From assembly GCA_027326105.1 (NCBI GenBank), contig DAHWFB010000114.1, positions 33,365 to 97,364 on the forward strand: a DNA stretch of 64,000 bases. The letters run 5' to 3'. This stretch comes from Acetobacteraceae bacterium. Lineage in GTDB: Bacteria > Pseudomonadota > Alphaproteobacteria > Acetobacterales > Acetobacteraceae. Within the stretch, counting starts at the first letter, position 1; every line of letters begins with the position of its first letter. Of the stretch, positions 57,032 through 64,000 are shown piece by piece. The notes beneath the pieces were generated by a model. That model was not told where the DNA came from and ran no database searches. It was given only the letters and a program-made list of their open reading frames with translations. The position numbers were made by a program, and so were the translations under genes.

Positions 57032-57537
57032 ACCGGCGCCGCTTCGCGCTCGGGGCCGGGCTCGGGCTCGCGGTGCTCGCCGTCGACCAGGCCTCGAAAT
57101 GGTGGGTGCTGCACGGGCTCGATCTGCCGGCGCGGCGAGAGGTGGTGCTGACCCCGTTCCTCAGCCTGACTATGGTGTGGAACCGCGGCGTCACGTTCGG
57201 TCTGCTCGACGGGATCGGCGGTGCGGCCCCCTTTGTGCTGGGGGGCGCGGCACTTGCGGTCGTGGTAGCGCTCGGGGTGTGGCTCGCGCGGGCACGCAAC
57301 CTCCTGACCGCGCTCAGTATCGGCGCCATCGCGGGGGGCGCGGTCGGCAACGTGATCGACCGGCTGCGGTTCGGCGCGGTGGTCGACTTCGTCCGTGCCC
57401 ATGCCTTCGGCTGGTCGTGGTATGTGTTCAATGTCGCCGACGCGGCGATCGTCTGCGGAGTCGCGGCGCTGATGTTCGAGGCGATCTTCGCCCGTCCCTC
57501 CGGCTCCGGCCTTGCCCGGGCGCGGAACCGGCATTAG
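57028..57537 (+). CDS. lspA: Lipoprotein signal peptidase II
   Basis: GTG 57028 forms a GTGA overlap with the ileS stop. The product contains DQASKWWV, MVWNRGVTFG, NVIDR and FNVADAAI. Confidence 0.9.
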   Translation: MNRRRFALGAGLGLAVLAVDQASKWWVLHGLDLPARREVVLTPFLSLTMVWNRGVTFGLLDGIGGAAPFVLGGAALAVVVALGVWLARARNLLTALSIGAIAGGAVGNVIDRLRFGAVVDFVRAHAFGWSWYVFNVADAAIVCGVAALMFEAIFARPSGSGLARARNRH

Positions 57538-57548
57538 GACTCGCCCTC

Positions 57549-58136
57549 ATGCTGACCCATACCCTCCTGCCGACCCGCATCCGCCGCTCCACGCGCGCGG
57601 CATTGCCGCTGCTCGCTGCCGCCTCGCTCGCCGGCTGCGGCGGCGGGCTGAAGGCGACGCTGGGGCTGAACCCCTCGATGCCCAACGCGTTCGCGGTCAC
57701 CACCCAGGCGCCGCTCTCGATGCCGCCCGACTATGCGCTGCGCCCGCCCGAGCCCGGCGCACCACGGCCACAGGCGATCTCGGCGGCGCGCTCCGCGGAG
57801 GGGATCTTAGCGCCGCAGAGCGTGCTCGCCAGCCAGGGGGGGGCGATGTCGCCAGGACAGCAGGCGCTGCTCCAGGCCGCAGGCCCACCGGCACCCGCCA
57901 ACATCCGCGCCGAGGTCAATGCCGCGGCGGGCTTGAGCCATCGTCCGCAGAGCTTCGTCGACCGGCTGATGTTCTGGCGCGGCCCGCCCACCCAGGGCAT
58001 CGTCGTCGATCCCGCGCGCGAGGCGCAGCGCCTGCGCCAGGATGCGGCCCTCGGCAAGCCCGCCACCGCCGGAACGACACCGATCCAGCAGCCGAAATCC
58101 CCCGGCCTGTTCCAGCGCCTGTTCGGCTGGCTGTAG
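57549..58136 (+). CDS. DUF3035 family lipoprotein
   Basis: The internal ATG at 57549 opens a product with lipobox LAAASLAGC. PNAFAVTTQAPLSMPPDYALRPP is the DUF3035 signature region. Confidence 0.7.
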   Translation: MLTHTLLPTRIRRSTRAALPLLAAASLAGCGGGLKATLGLNPSMPNAFAVTTQAPLSMPPDYALRPPEPGAPRPQAISAARSAEGILAPQSVLASQGGAMSPGQQALLQAAGPPAPANIRAEVNAAAGLSHRPQSFVDRLMFWRGPPTQGIVVDPAREAQRLRQDAALGKPATAGTTPIQQPKSPGLFQRLFGWL

Positions 58137-58155
58137 CGCGTGGCGCGGCGTTCGC

Positions 58156-59649
58156 TCAGCGCACGCCGCCCGGCCACAGCACCACCCGGATCGTCTGGGC
58201 GATGATGAGCAGGTCGAACAGGATGCTGAAGTTCTTGACGTAGTAGAGGTCGAAGCTGAGCTTCGAGCGGGCGTCGTCGATCGAAGCGCCGTAGGGATAG
58301 TTGATCTGCGCCCAGCCGGTGAGCCCGGCCTTGACCATGTGGCGCTCGTGGTAGAGCGGCAGCTGTGCCGCCAACATCGCGACGAAGGTGGGACGCTCGG
58401 GGCGCGGGCCGACAAGGGACATCTCCCCGCGCAGCACGTTGAAGAGTTGCGGCATCTCGTCGATGCGGGTGCGCCGGAGGAAGGCGCCGACGCGGGTGAT
58501 ACGGTTGTCCTTGTCTGCCGCCCACACCGCGCCGCGGCGCTCCGCGTCGGTTCGCATGGTGCGCAGCTTCATGATCCGGAAGATCCGCCCGTTGCGGCTC
58601 ACCCGCTCCTGAAGATAGAGCACCGGGCCACCGTCATCGAGCTTGATCGCGATCGCCGCAACGAGCAGCACCGGCGCAAATACGACGAGCAGCGCGAGGC
58701 TCACCGCGAGATCGAGCGTGCGTTTGAGGATACGGTCGATCAGGCCGAACTGGAACCCTTCCGAGTAGAGCAGCCAGGACAACTCCATCCGCTTGAGATC
58801 GAGGCGGCGGATCTCGCGCTCGACGAAGGCGAGATAGGGCTTGACCGGAAACCCGGCGATCTTGCAGGCGAGCAGCGCCTCGAGATCCATCCCCCGCCGC
58901 TCGTCCGGTGCCACGATGATCTGCTCCACCCCGAGCCGGCGCGCCGCCTCCAGAACCCCCGCACCCAAGCCCGGGCCGCCCGCCACCGCGGGGGCGACGA
59001 TCGGGCCGGCGCCGCCGCCGGCAAGGCGGGGGTCGATCTCGCCGAAGACGGGATCATGCAGGAAGGCGATCTGGTAGTGCAGATTGCGGCCCTCGCGTCC
59101 GAGCATGAGCACGAGATCCCATGCCCGCCTGCCGGCGCCGATCACGAGCAGGCGGCGGCGGAACAGGCCGCGCCGGCGCAGGGTGTAGAACAACACCCGT
59201 GCACTCACGCCGCCCCCGAGCCCGTCGGCGAGTGCGGCGACGAACAGCACGGCACCGCCTCGGGCTGCTCCGGCGAACGCGAGCAGCGCCAACGCCCCCG
59301 CCGCCCCCATGCCCACGGCCAGCGGCAGCCGCCCTAGCGCCCGGCGGGTTTCGAGGATCATGTCGCGCCGGTAGAGCCCGAGCACGTAACAGGCGCCGAG
59401 CACCGCCGCGCTGTAGAGCAGTGGCGCCGCGCGCTGGAATCCCCGGCCCGGCAGCCACCCGGCGAACGCGAGCGGAAGCCACAACAGGAGCATCAGCGCG
59501 GCGTCGATCAGCAGGAGCGCGGTGCCCGGCGCGGGGCCGACGAAGCGCCGCGTCCCTCCGCTTTCGCCGCCGCGGGCGGGCGAGCGCCGCACCAAGAACC
59601 GCTCGCGCCGCAGTTCGCTCGACGCCAAACCCGTGTCGGCCTGACCCAT
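58156..59649 (-). CDS. Undecaprenyl-phosphate sugar phosphotransferase (exopolysaccharide polyprenyl glycosylphosphotransferase, WbaP/ExoY type)
   Basis: The C-terminal bacterial sugar transferase domain reads KRTLDLAVSLALL...RIFRIMKLRTM...ITRVGAFLRRTRIDEMPQLFNVLRGEMSLVGPRP. N-terminal TM segments and a Rossmann-like region are present. ATG 59649 was chosen over TTG 59721. Confidence 0.85.
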   Translation of the reverse strand: MGQADTGLASSELRRERFLVRRSPARGGESGGTRRFVGPAPGTALLLIDAALMLLLWLPLAFAGWLPGRGFQRAAPLLYSAAVLGACYVLGLYRRDMILETRRALGRLPLAVGMGAAGALALLAFAGAARGGAVLFVAALADGLGGGVSARVLFYTLRRRGLFRRRLLVIGAGRRAWDLVLMLGREGRNLHYQIAFLHDPVFGEIDPRLAGGGAGPIVAPAVAGGPGLGAGVLEAARRLGVEQIIVAPDERRGMDLEALLACKIAGFPVKPYLAFVEREIRRLDLKRMELSWLLYSEGFQFGLIDRILKRTLDLAVSLALLVVFAPVLLVAAIAIKLDDGGPVLYLQERVSRNGRIFRIMKLRTMRTDAERRGAVWAADKDNRITRVGAFLRRTRIDEMPQLFNVLRGEMSLVGPRPERPTFVAMLAAQLPLYHERHMVKAGLTGWAQINYPYGASIDDARSKLSFDLYYVKNFSILFDLLIIAQTIRVVLWPGGVR

Positions 59650-59794
59650 GCTGCTCCGTCCCGGTCTGTCCGGCGGCGAGTCGGCGCCGCCACCGGAAGG
59701 ATAGACGGCCTTCCCTAACAAATTGGTCGCACCTGGAAACCACTCCCCGGATGCGAGGGATTTGTTCGCTGGCGGCCGGCGCCGGCGTGTCCGC

Positions 59795-60352
59795 TCAGCC
59801 AGGCAGGAAGCGCTTCCCCAGCGTCACCATGCGCGCCGCGAGCAGCAGCTTGACCACGTCTCCGGGCAGGAACGGCACCACGCCGACGGTGAGCGCCCGC
59901 CAGGGACCGGTGTACGGGGCGAGGCCGATCACGCCGAAAAGATAGATCGCGAACAGCCCGCCCGCCATGGCGAGCGAGAGATGCAGGAGCCGTCTCCGCG
60001 CCCCGCGCTCGGCGCACCAGCCGACGAGGAGCGTGGCGACCAGGAAACCGGCGAGGTAGCCGCCCGTGGGCCCCGCCATGTAGGCAAGCCCCGCGGTGGC
60101 GCCGGCAAACACGGGCAGGCCGAAGGCGCCCTCGGCGAGCCAGAGCGCGACCGCGATCCCGCCCCGCCGCGCGCCCAACGTCGCGCCCACGGCGAGCACG
60201 GCGAAGGTCTCCATGGTCATCGGTACCGGCCAGGAAGGGATCTCCACCTTGGCCGACAGCGCGAGCAGCACACTCGCCCCGATCGCGATCAGCACCTCGC
60301 GCGCGGCGAGCGGCAGGCGGGCGAGCGGGGCGGTTCGGCCGGTCGCGTCCAT
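59795..60352 (-). CDS. bioY: Biotin transporter BioY
   Basis: The internal ATG at 60352 opens a product containing VPMTMETFAVLAVGATLG...GPTGGYLAGF, typical of the BioY S-component. Confidence 0.85.
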   Translation of the reverse strand: MDATGRTAPLARLPLAAREVLIAIGASVLLALSAKVEIPSWPVPMTMETFAVLAVGATLGARRGGIAVALWLAEGAFGLPVFAGATAGLAYMAGPTGGYLAGFLVATLLVGWCAERGARRRLLHLSLAMAGGLFAIYLFGVIGLAPYTGPWRALTVGVVPFLPGDVVKLLLAARMVTLGKRFLPG

Positions 60353-60368
60353 GGCGGTCTCCGGAGTT

Positions 60369-61301
60369 TCAGCGGGTGGGGCGGGGCGGGGTCTGGGTAT
60401 AGTCGTAGAAGCCACGGCCGGTCTTGCGCCCGAGCCAGCCGGCCTCGACATATTTCACGAGCAGCGGACAGGGGCGGTATTTGCTGTCCGAAAGCCCCTC
60501 GTAGAGCACCTGCATCACCGAGAGGCAGGTGTCGAGTCCGACCAGGTCGGCGAGTTCGAGCGGGCCCATCGGGTGGTTGGCGCCGAGTCGCATGGCGGTA
60601 TCGATCGCGGCGACCGAACCCACCCCCTCGTAGATGGCATAGACCGCCTCGTTGATCATCGGCACCAGGATGCGGTTGACGATGAAGGCGGGGAAATCCT
60701 CGGCCACCGCGGTGGTCTTGCCGAGCCGGTGGGCGAGCGCCTGGATCGCCTGAAAGGTCGGCTCGTCGGTCGCGATGCCGCGGATGATCTCCACCAGTTT
60801 CATCACCGGCACCGGGTTCATGAAATGCATGCCGATGAATTTCTGCGGCCGGTCGGTGACGGCGGCAAGCCGGGTGATGGAGATCGAGGAGGTGTTGGTG
60901 GCGATCAGGCAGGCGGGCTTGAGGTGCGGCACCAACGTCTTGAAAATCGCCCGCTTGGTCTCTTCCTTCTCGGTCGCGGCTTCGATCACGAGGTCGGCGT
61001 CGTCGAACGCGGCGTAATCGGTGGCGGTGGAGAGCCGCGCCAGCGCGTTCGCCTTGTCCTCGGCGGCGATCAGGTTGCGGTGGACCTGGCGATCCATGTT
61101 GTGGCCGATGGTGGCCAGCGCCTTCTCCAGCGCCTCGGCCTTCACGTCGAGCATGATCACGGAGAAGCCCGCCAGTGCCGCGACATGGGCGATGCCGTTG
61201 CCCATCTGCCCGGCGCCGATCACGCCGACCTGGGCGATCTCGGGGGTGGCTTCGGCGAGATCCGCGCTCGCCGGCGCGGAGGTCGAGACATCGATGTTCA
61301 T
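60369..61301 (-). CDS. hbd: 3-hydroxybutyryl-CoA dehydrogenase
   Basis: The Rossmann motif is VGVIGAGQMGNGIAHV. HFMNPVPVMKLVE and a C-terminal HPMGPLELADLVGLD are also present. Confidence 0.9.
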   Translation of the reverse strand: MNIDVSTSAPASADLAEATPEIAQVGVIGAGQMGNGIAHVAALAGFSVIMLDVKAEALEKALATIGHNMDRQVHRNLIAAEDKANALARLSTATDYAAFDDADLVIEAATEKEETKRAIFKTLVPHLKPACLIATNTSSISITRLAAVTDRPQKFIGMHFMNPVPVMKLVEIIRGIATDEPTFQAIQALAHRLGKTTAVAEDFPAFIVNRILVPMINEAVYAIYEGVGSVAAIDTAMRLGANHPMGPLELADLVGLDTCLSVMQVLYEGLSDSKYRPCPLLVKYVEAGWLGRKTGRGFYDYTQTPPRPTR

Positions 61302-62242
61302 CGGGAGCGCTCCAATTCCGCCGCCAACTCGGGCAGCGCGGTGAAGAGATCGGCGACCAGGCCATAGTCGGCCACCTGGAAGATCGGCGCTTCCTCGTCC
61401 TTGTTGATCGCCACGATGACCTTGCTGTCCTTCATGCCGGCGAGGTGCTGGATGGCACCCGAGATACCGACCGCGACGTAGAGGTCCGGGGCGACGATTT
61501 TTCCGGTCTGGCCCACCTGGTAGTCGTTGGGCACGAATCCGGCGTCCACCGCGGCGCGGGAGGCGCCGATGGCGGCATTGAGCTTATCGGCGACGGGCTC
61601 GAGCAAGGCGAAATTCTCTCCCTTCTGCATCCCCCGTCCGCCCGAGATGACCACGCGGGCCGAGGTCAGTTCCGGCCGCTCGCTGCGCGACAGCTCGGCG
61701 CCGAGGAAGCGCGCGGGCGCGGGCAGCGCGGGCAGCGCCGCGGCGACGATCGCGGCCGCGCCGCCGGTCTCTGCCACCGGCTCGAAGTTCGCCGCACGCA
61801 CGGTGATGACCTTGAGCGGGTCCGAGGAGCGGACGGTCGCGAGCACGTTGCCAGCATAGATCGGACGGATGAAGGTTTCGTGATCGACCAGGCCCGAAAT
61901 GTCGCTGACCGGCTGCACATCGAGCATGGCTGCGGCGCGCGGGAGCACGTTCTTGCCCACCGCGGTCGCGGCGGCAAGGAGGTGCGTGTAGTCCGCGGCC
62001 AGGGCCACGAGCAGCGCCGCGAGCGGCTCGGCGAGGCCATGGGCAAGCGCCTCGTCCTCCGCCACCAGCACGCGGTCGAGGCCGGGCAGAGCCGCCGCGG
62101 CAGTGGCTGCCGGGCCGAGGCTGGCGCCGGCCCCGGCGACCAGCCCGTCGACGGGGCCGAGCGCCAGTGCCGCAGCAAGCGCGCTGCGCGAGGCTTGGCG
62201 GATCGCACCCGCCTCGTGTTCGAGCAGGACGAGGGCGCGCAT
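61298..62242 (-). CDS. etfA: Electron transfer flavoprotein subunit alpha
   Basis: The internal ATG at 62242 gives [12 protein letters not shown].... The FAD-binding C-terminus is [19 protein letters not shown]. The stop forms an ATGA overlap with the hbd start. Confidence 0.9.
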   Translation of the reverse strand: MRALVLLEHEAGAIRQASRSALAAALALGPVDGLVAGAGASLGPAATAAAALPGLDRVLVAEDEALAHGLAEPLAALLVALAADYTHLLAAATAVGKNVLPRAAAMLDVQPVSDISGLVDHETFIRPIYAGNVLATVRSSDPLKVITVRAANFEPVAETGGAAAIVAAALPALPAPARFLGAELSRSERPELTSARVVISGGRGMQKGENFALLEPVADKLNAAIGASRAAVDAGFVPNDYQVGQTGKIVAPDLYVAVGISGAIQHLAGMKDSKVIVAINKDEEAPIFQVADYGLVADLFTALPELAAELERSR

Positions 62243-62244
62243 GC

Positions 62245-62994
62245 TCAGATCACCTTCGCTTCGAGCCGCAGCCGCTCGACCAGTTCGGCGGCGGAAGCGA
62301 CCTTCACCCCGGCCTTGCGCCGCGGCGGCTCGGCGACGCCGACCAGCCGCAGCCGGGGCGTGGGATCGACCCCGAGATCGGCGGGCTTGATCGTCTCGAT
62401 CGGCTTCTTGCGCGCCTTCATGATGTTGGGGAGCGAGGCGTAGCGCGGCTCGTTCAGCCTGAGATCGGCGGTGATGACCGCGGGAAGCGGCATCGCCAGC
62501 GTCTCCAGCCCGCCGTCCACCTCGCGGGTGACGGTCGCTTCGGCGCCGACGATCGTGATTCGGCTGGCAAAGGTCGCCTGCGGCCAGCCGAGCAGGGCGG
62601 CGAGCATCTGGCCGGTGGCGTTCATGTCGTCGTCGATCGCCTGCTTGCCGAGCAGGACGAGGCCGGGCTCCTCGCGCCGGACCAGCGCCGCGAGGAGCTT
62701 GGCAACCGCGAGCGGTTGCAACTCGACCTCGGTTTCGACCAGGACGCCGCGATCCGCCCCCATGGCGAGCGCTGTGCGAACGGTCTCGGCGCAGGCAGCC
62801 ACCCCGAGGGAGACCGCAACGACCTCGGTGGCCACACCCTTCTCGCGCAAGCGGACCGCCTCTTCGGTGGCGATCTCGTCGAACGGATTCATCGACATCT
62901 TGACGCCCTGCGTCTCGACGCCGCTGCCGTCGGCGCGCACCCGCACCTTCACATTGTAGTCCACCACCCGCTTGACCGGAACCAGAACCTTCAT
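62245..62994 (-). CDS. etfB: Electron transfer flavoprotein subunit beta
   Basis: The internal ATG at 62994 gives [19 protein letters not shown]...MNPFDEIA..., the canonical EtfB N-terminus. The product is 249 aa. Confidence 0.9.
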   Translation of the reverse strand: MKVLVPVKRVVDYNVKVRVRADGSGVETQGVKMSMNPFDEIATEEAVRLREKGVATEVVAVSLGVAACAETVRTALAMGADRGVLVETEVELQPLAVAKLLAALVRREEPGLVLLGKQAIDDDMNATGQMLAALLGWPQATFASRITIVGAEATVTREVDGGLETLAMPLPAVITADLRLNEPRYASLPNIMKARKKPIETIKPADLGVDPTPRLRLVGVAEPPRRKAGVKVASAAELVERLRLEAKVI

Positions 62995-63119
62995 GCGCCG
63001 CCTGTTGCTTCTTCTTCCCCGCGCCGTGGCCCTCGGGCCGCAGTGACGCTGCGCCGGCCAAAGCCGCCGCATCGCACTGCAACATGGCGCTGGACGATAG
63101 GCGCCTGCCGCCGCCCCGG

Positions 63120-63974
63120 TCAATCCCCCGCCCCGTCCTCCGCCCGCTGGACGATCAGGCCGAAGGAAGTGGTCAGATAGCGATCGAGCCGCAACTTGAG
63201 GTGCTTGTCCGCCGAAAAGGGCGGCACATCGATATGGCGGTCGAGCGGTTGGTCGCCGAGATGGAAGTTGAACGCCAGCCGGTGCCCCTGCGTCCGCAGC
63301 CGCCGCGCGAGACCCTCGAAGTCGCGGCGGCGGAAGAGCACGGTTCCCGCATTATCGAGCGTCCGGCCGTTCGAGGAGCAGTTGAACTCGGTGGTGTGCA
63401 CCGCGAGCCCGCCGGGGCGGAGCGTGGCGAGGGAGTTCTCGATGAAGGCGAGGCCCTTGGCGATCGAGCCGACGTGCTCGAGCGAGCAGGCCGACCAGGT
63501 GAAATCGAAGCCCGCGAGGTCGGGCGGGATCGCGTTCATGTCCACGACGCGGAAGGAGACGCGCTCCGCGAATGCCTCCGCGGGGCACAGGCCGCGCCCG
63601 TTGAGCGCCGCCTTCTCCGCCGCGTGCTGGCCGGTATCCACCCATCCCGCGCGCTCGGCTTCCGCTGCGCCGAGATCGGTCGCGACCACCGTGCAGCCGC
63701 GGGCGGCGAAATAGGCGGCGAGCGGTTCCTCGCCGACACCGAAGCCGAGGCCACGGCGGCCGGGCGCGAGCATGTCGGCCTGGTGCAGCACCTCGAGGAT
63801 ATAGCAGAACTCCCACTGCTTGCGGTGTGTGCGCGGCGCCTCGCCGATGGCGGCACACCACGCGGCGTAGCGCGGGCTGGCGAACTGCCCGGCCGTGCAA
63901 GCCTGGGACACGGGATGTTCGAGCGAGGGCTCCGGCCCCGCGGCGGGGTCGGCAAGGATCGCCGGCGGGGCCAT
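63120..63974 (-). CDS. Class I SAM-dependent methyltransferase
   Basis: 284 aa. Motif I is [27 protein letters not shown] and a later LRPGGLAV block is present. The substrate is unknown. Confidence 0.65.
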   Translation of the reverse strand: MAPPAILADPAAGPEPSLEHPVSQACTAGQFASPRYAAWCAAIGEAPRTHRKQWEFCYILEVLHQADMLAPGRRGLGFGVGEEPLAAYFAARGCTVVATDLGAAEAERAGWVDTGQHAAEKAALNGRGLCPAEAFAERVSFRVVDMNAIPPDLAGFDFTWSACSLEHVGSIAKGLAFIENSLATLRPGGLAVHTTEFNCSSNGRTLDNAGTVLFRRRDFEGLARRLRTQGHRLAFNFHLGDQPLDRHIDVPPFSADKHLKLRLDRYLTTSFGLIVQRAEDGAGD

Positions 63975-64000
63975 CGTCCCGGCCGCGAGCCTGCCCTGCA

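Overview
The window is very GC-rich (about 70 % by eye, not computed) and reads as alphaproteobacterial chromosomal core. The presence of ccrM, a long Pro/Ala linker in FtsZ and the gene order fit a Rhodospirillales/Acetobacteraceae-like organism, but the taxon cannot be fixed without a database search.

Positions 1-28.7 kb form one co-directional minus-strand block. Read left to right on the plus strand it holds a sugar ABC transporter (two permeases and an ATPase), ligA, recN, bamD and lpxC, then the complete division/cell-wall (dcw) cluster in reverse (ftsZ-ftsA-ftsQ-ddl-murB-murC-murG-ftsW-murD-mraY-murF-murE-ftsI-ftsL-rsmH-mraZ). A type-A RNase P RNA gene (rnpB) lies immediately upstream of mraZ.

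Positions 28.8-64 kb are mixed-orientation housekeeping and envelope genes:
- map, a Zn-alcohol dehydrogenase, an SLT-SPOR lytic transglycosylase, a SlyB-like lipoprotein and a wzm/wzt ABC-2 exporter
- doxX-ygiD, satP, a TMEM175-like channel and a MAPEG protein
- pmbA, an M16 peptidase, thrC, and two tandem M17 aminopeptidases
- ccrM, then a glf-GT2-lacI unit followed by a MocD/MocE-like oxygenase plus Rieske ferredoxin pair
- a maoC-like gene, ribF-ileS-lspA and a DUF3035 lipoprotein
- a polyprenyl glycosylphosphotransferase, bioY, hbd-etfA-etfB and a SAM methyltransferase

I found no transposase, integrase, tRNA, CRISPR array, phage genes or recognisable defence or toxin modules. No gap is larger than about 390 bp. 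The many long extra ORFs in the six-frame track are antisense or out-of-frame artefacts of the high GC content. The track also translates GTG and TTG starts as M, so many true starts lie inside the listed ORFs.

I do not see convincing evidence for a previously undescribed multi-gene system. The observations most worth a second look are:
- an apparent 1-nt frameshift in bamD
- a five-fold, 10-bp-phased TGGG array over the mraZ promoter (MraZ operator candidate) with an embedded GANTC site
- an AT-rich island between ftsZ and lpxC
- a 24-bp perfect palindrome in the 5' region of ftsI
- an unusually long Pro/Ala-tailed FtsL
- an AT-rich 10-4-10 inverted repeat in front of the adh gene
- the LacI-coupled glf-GT2 unit next to the oxygenase/Rieske pair
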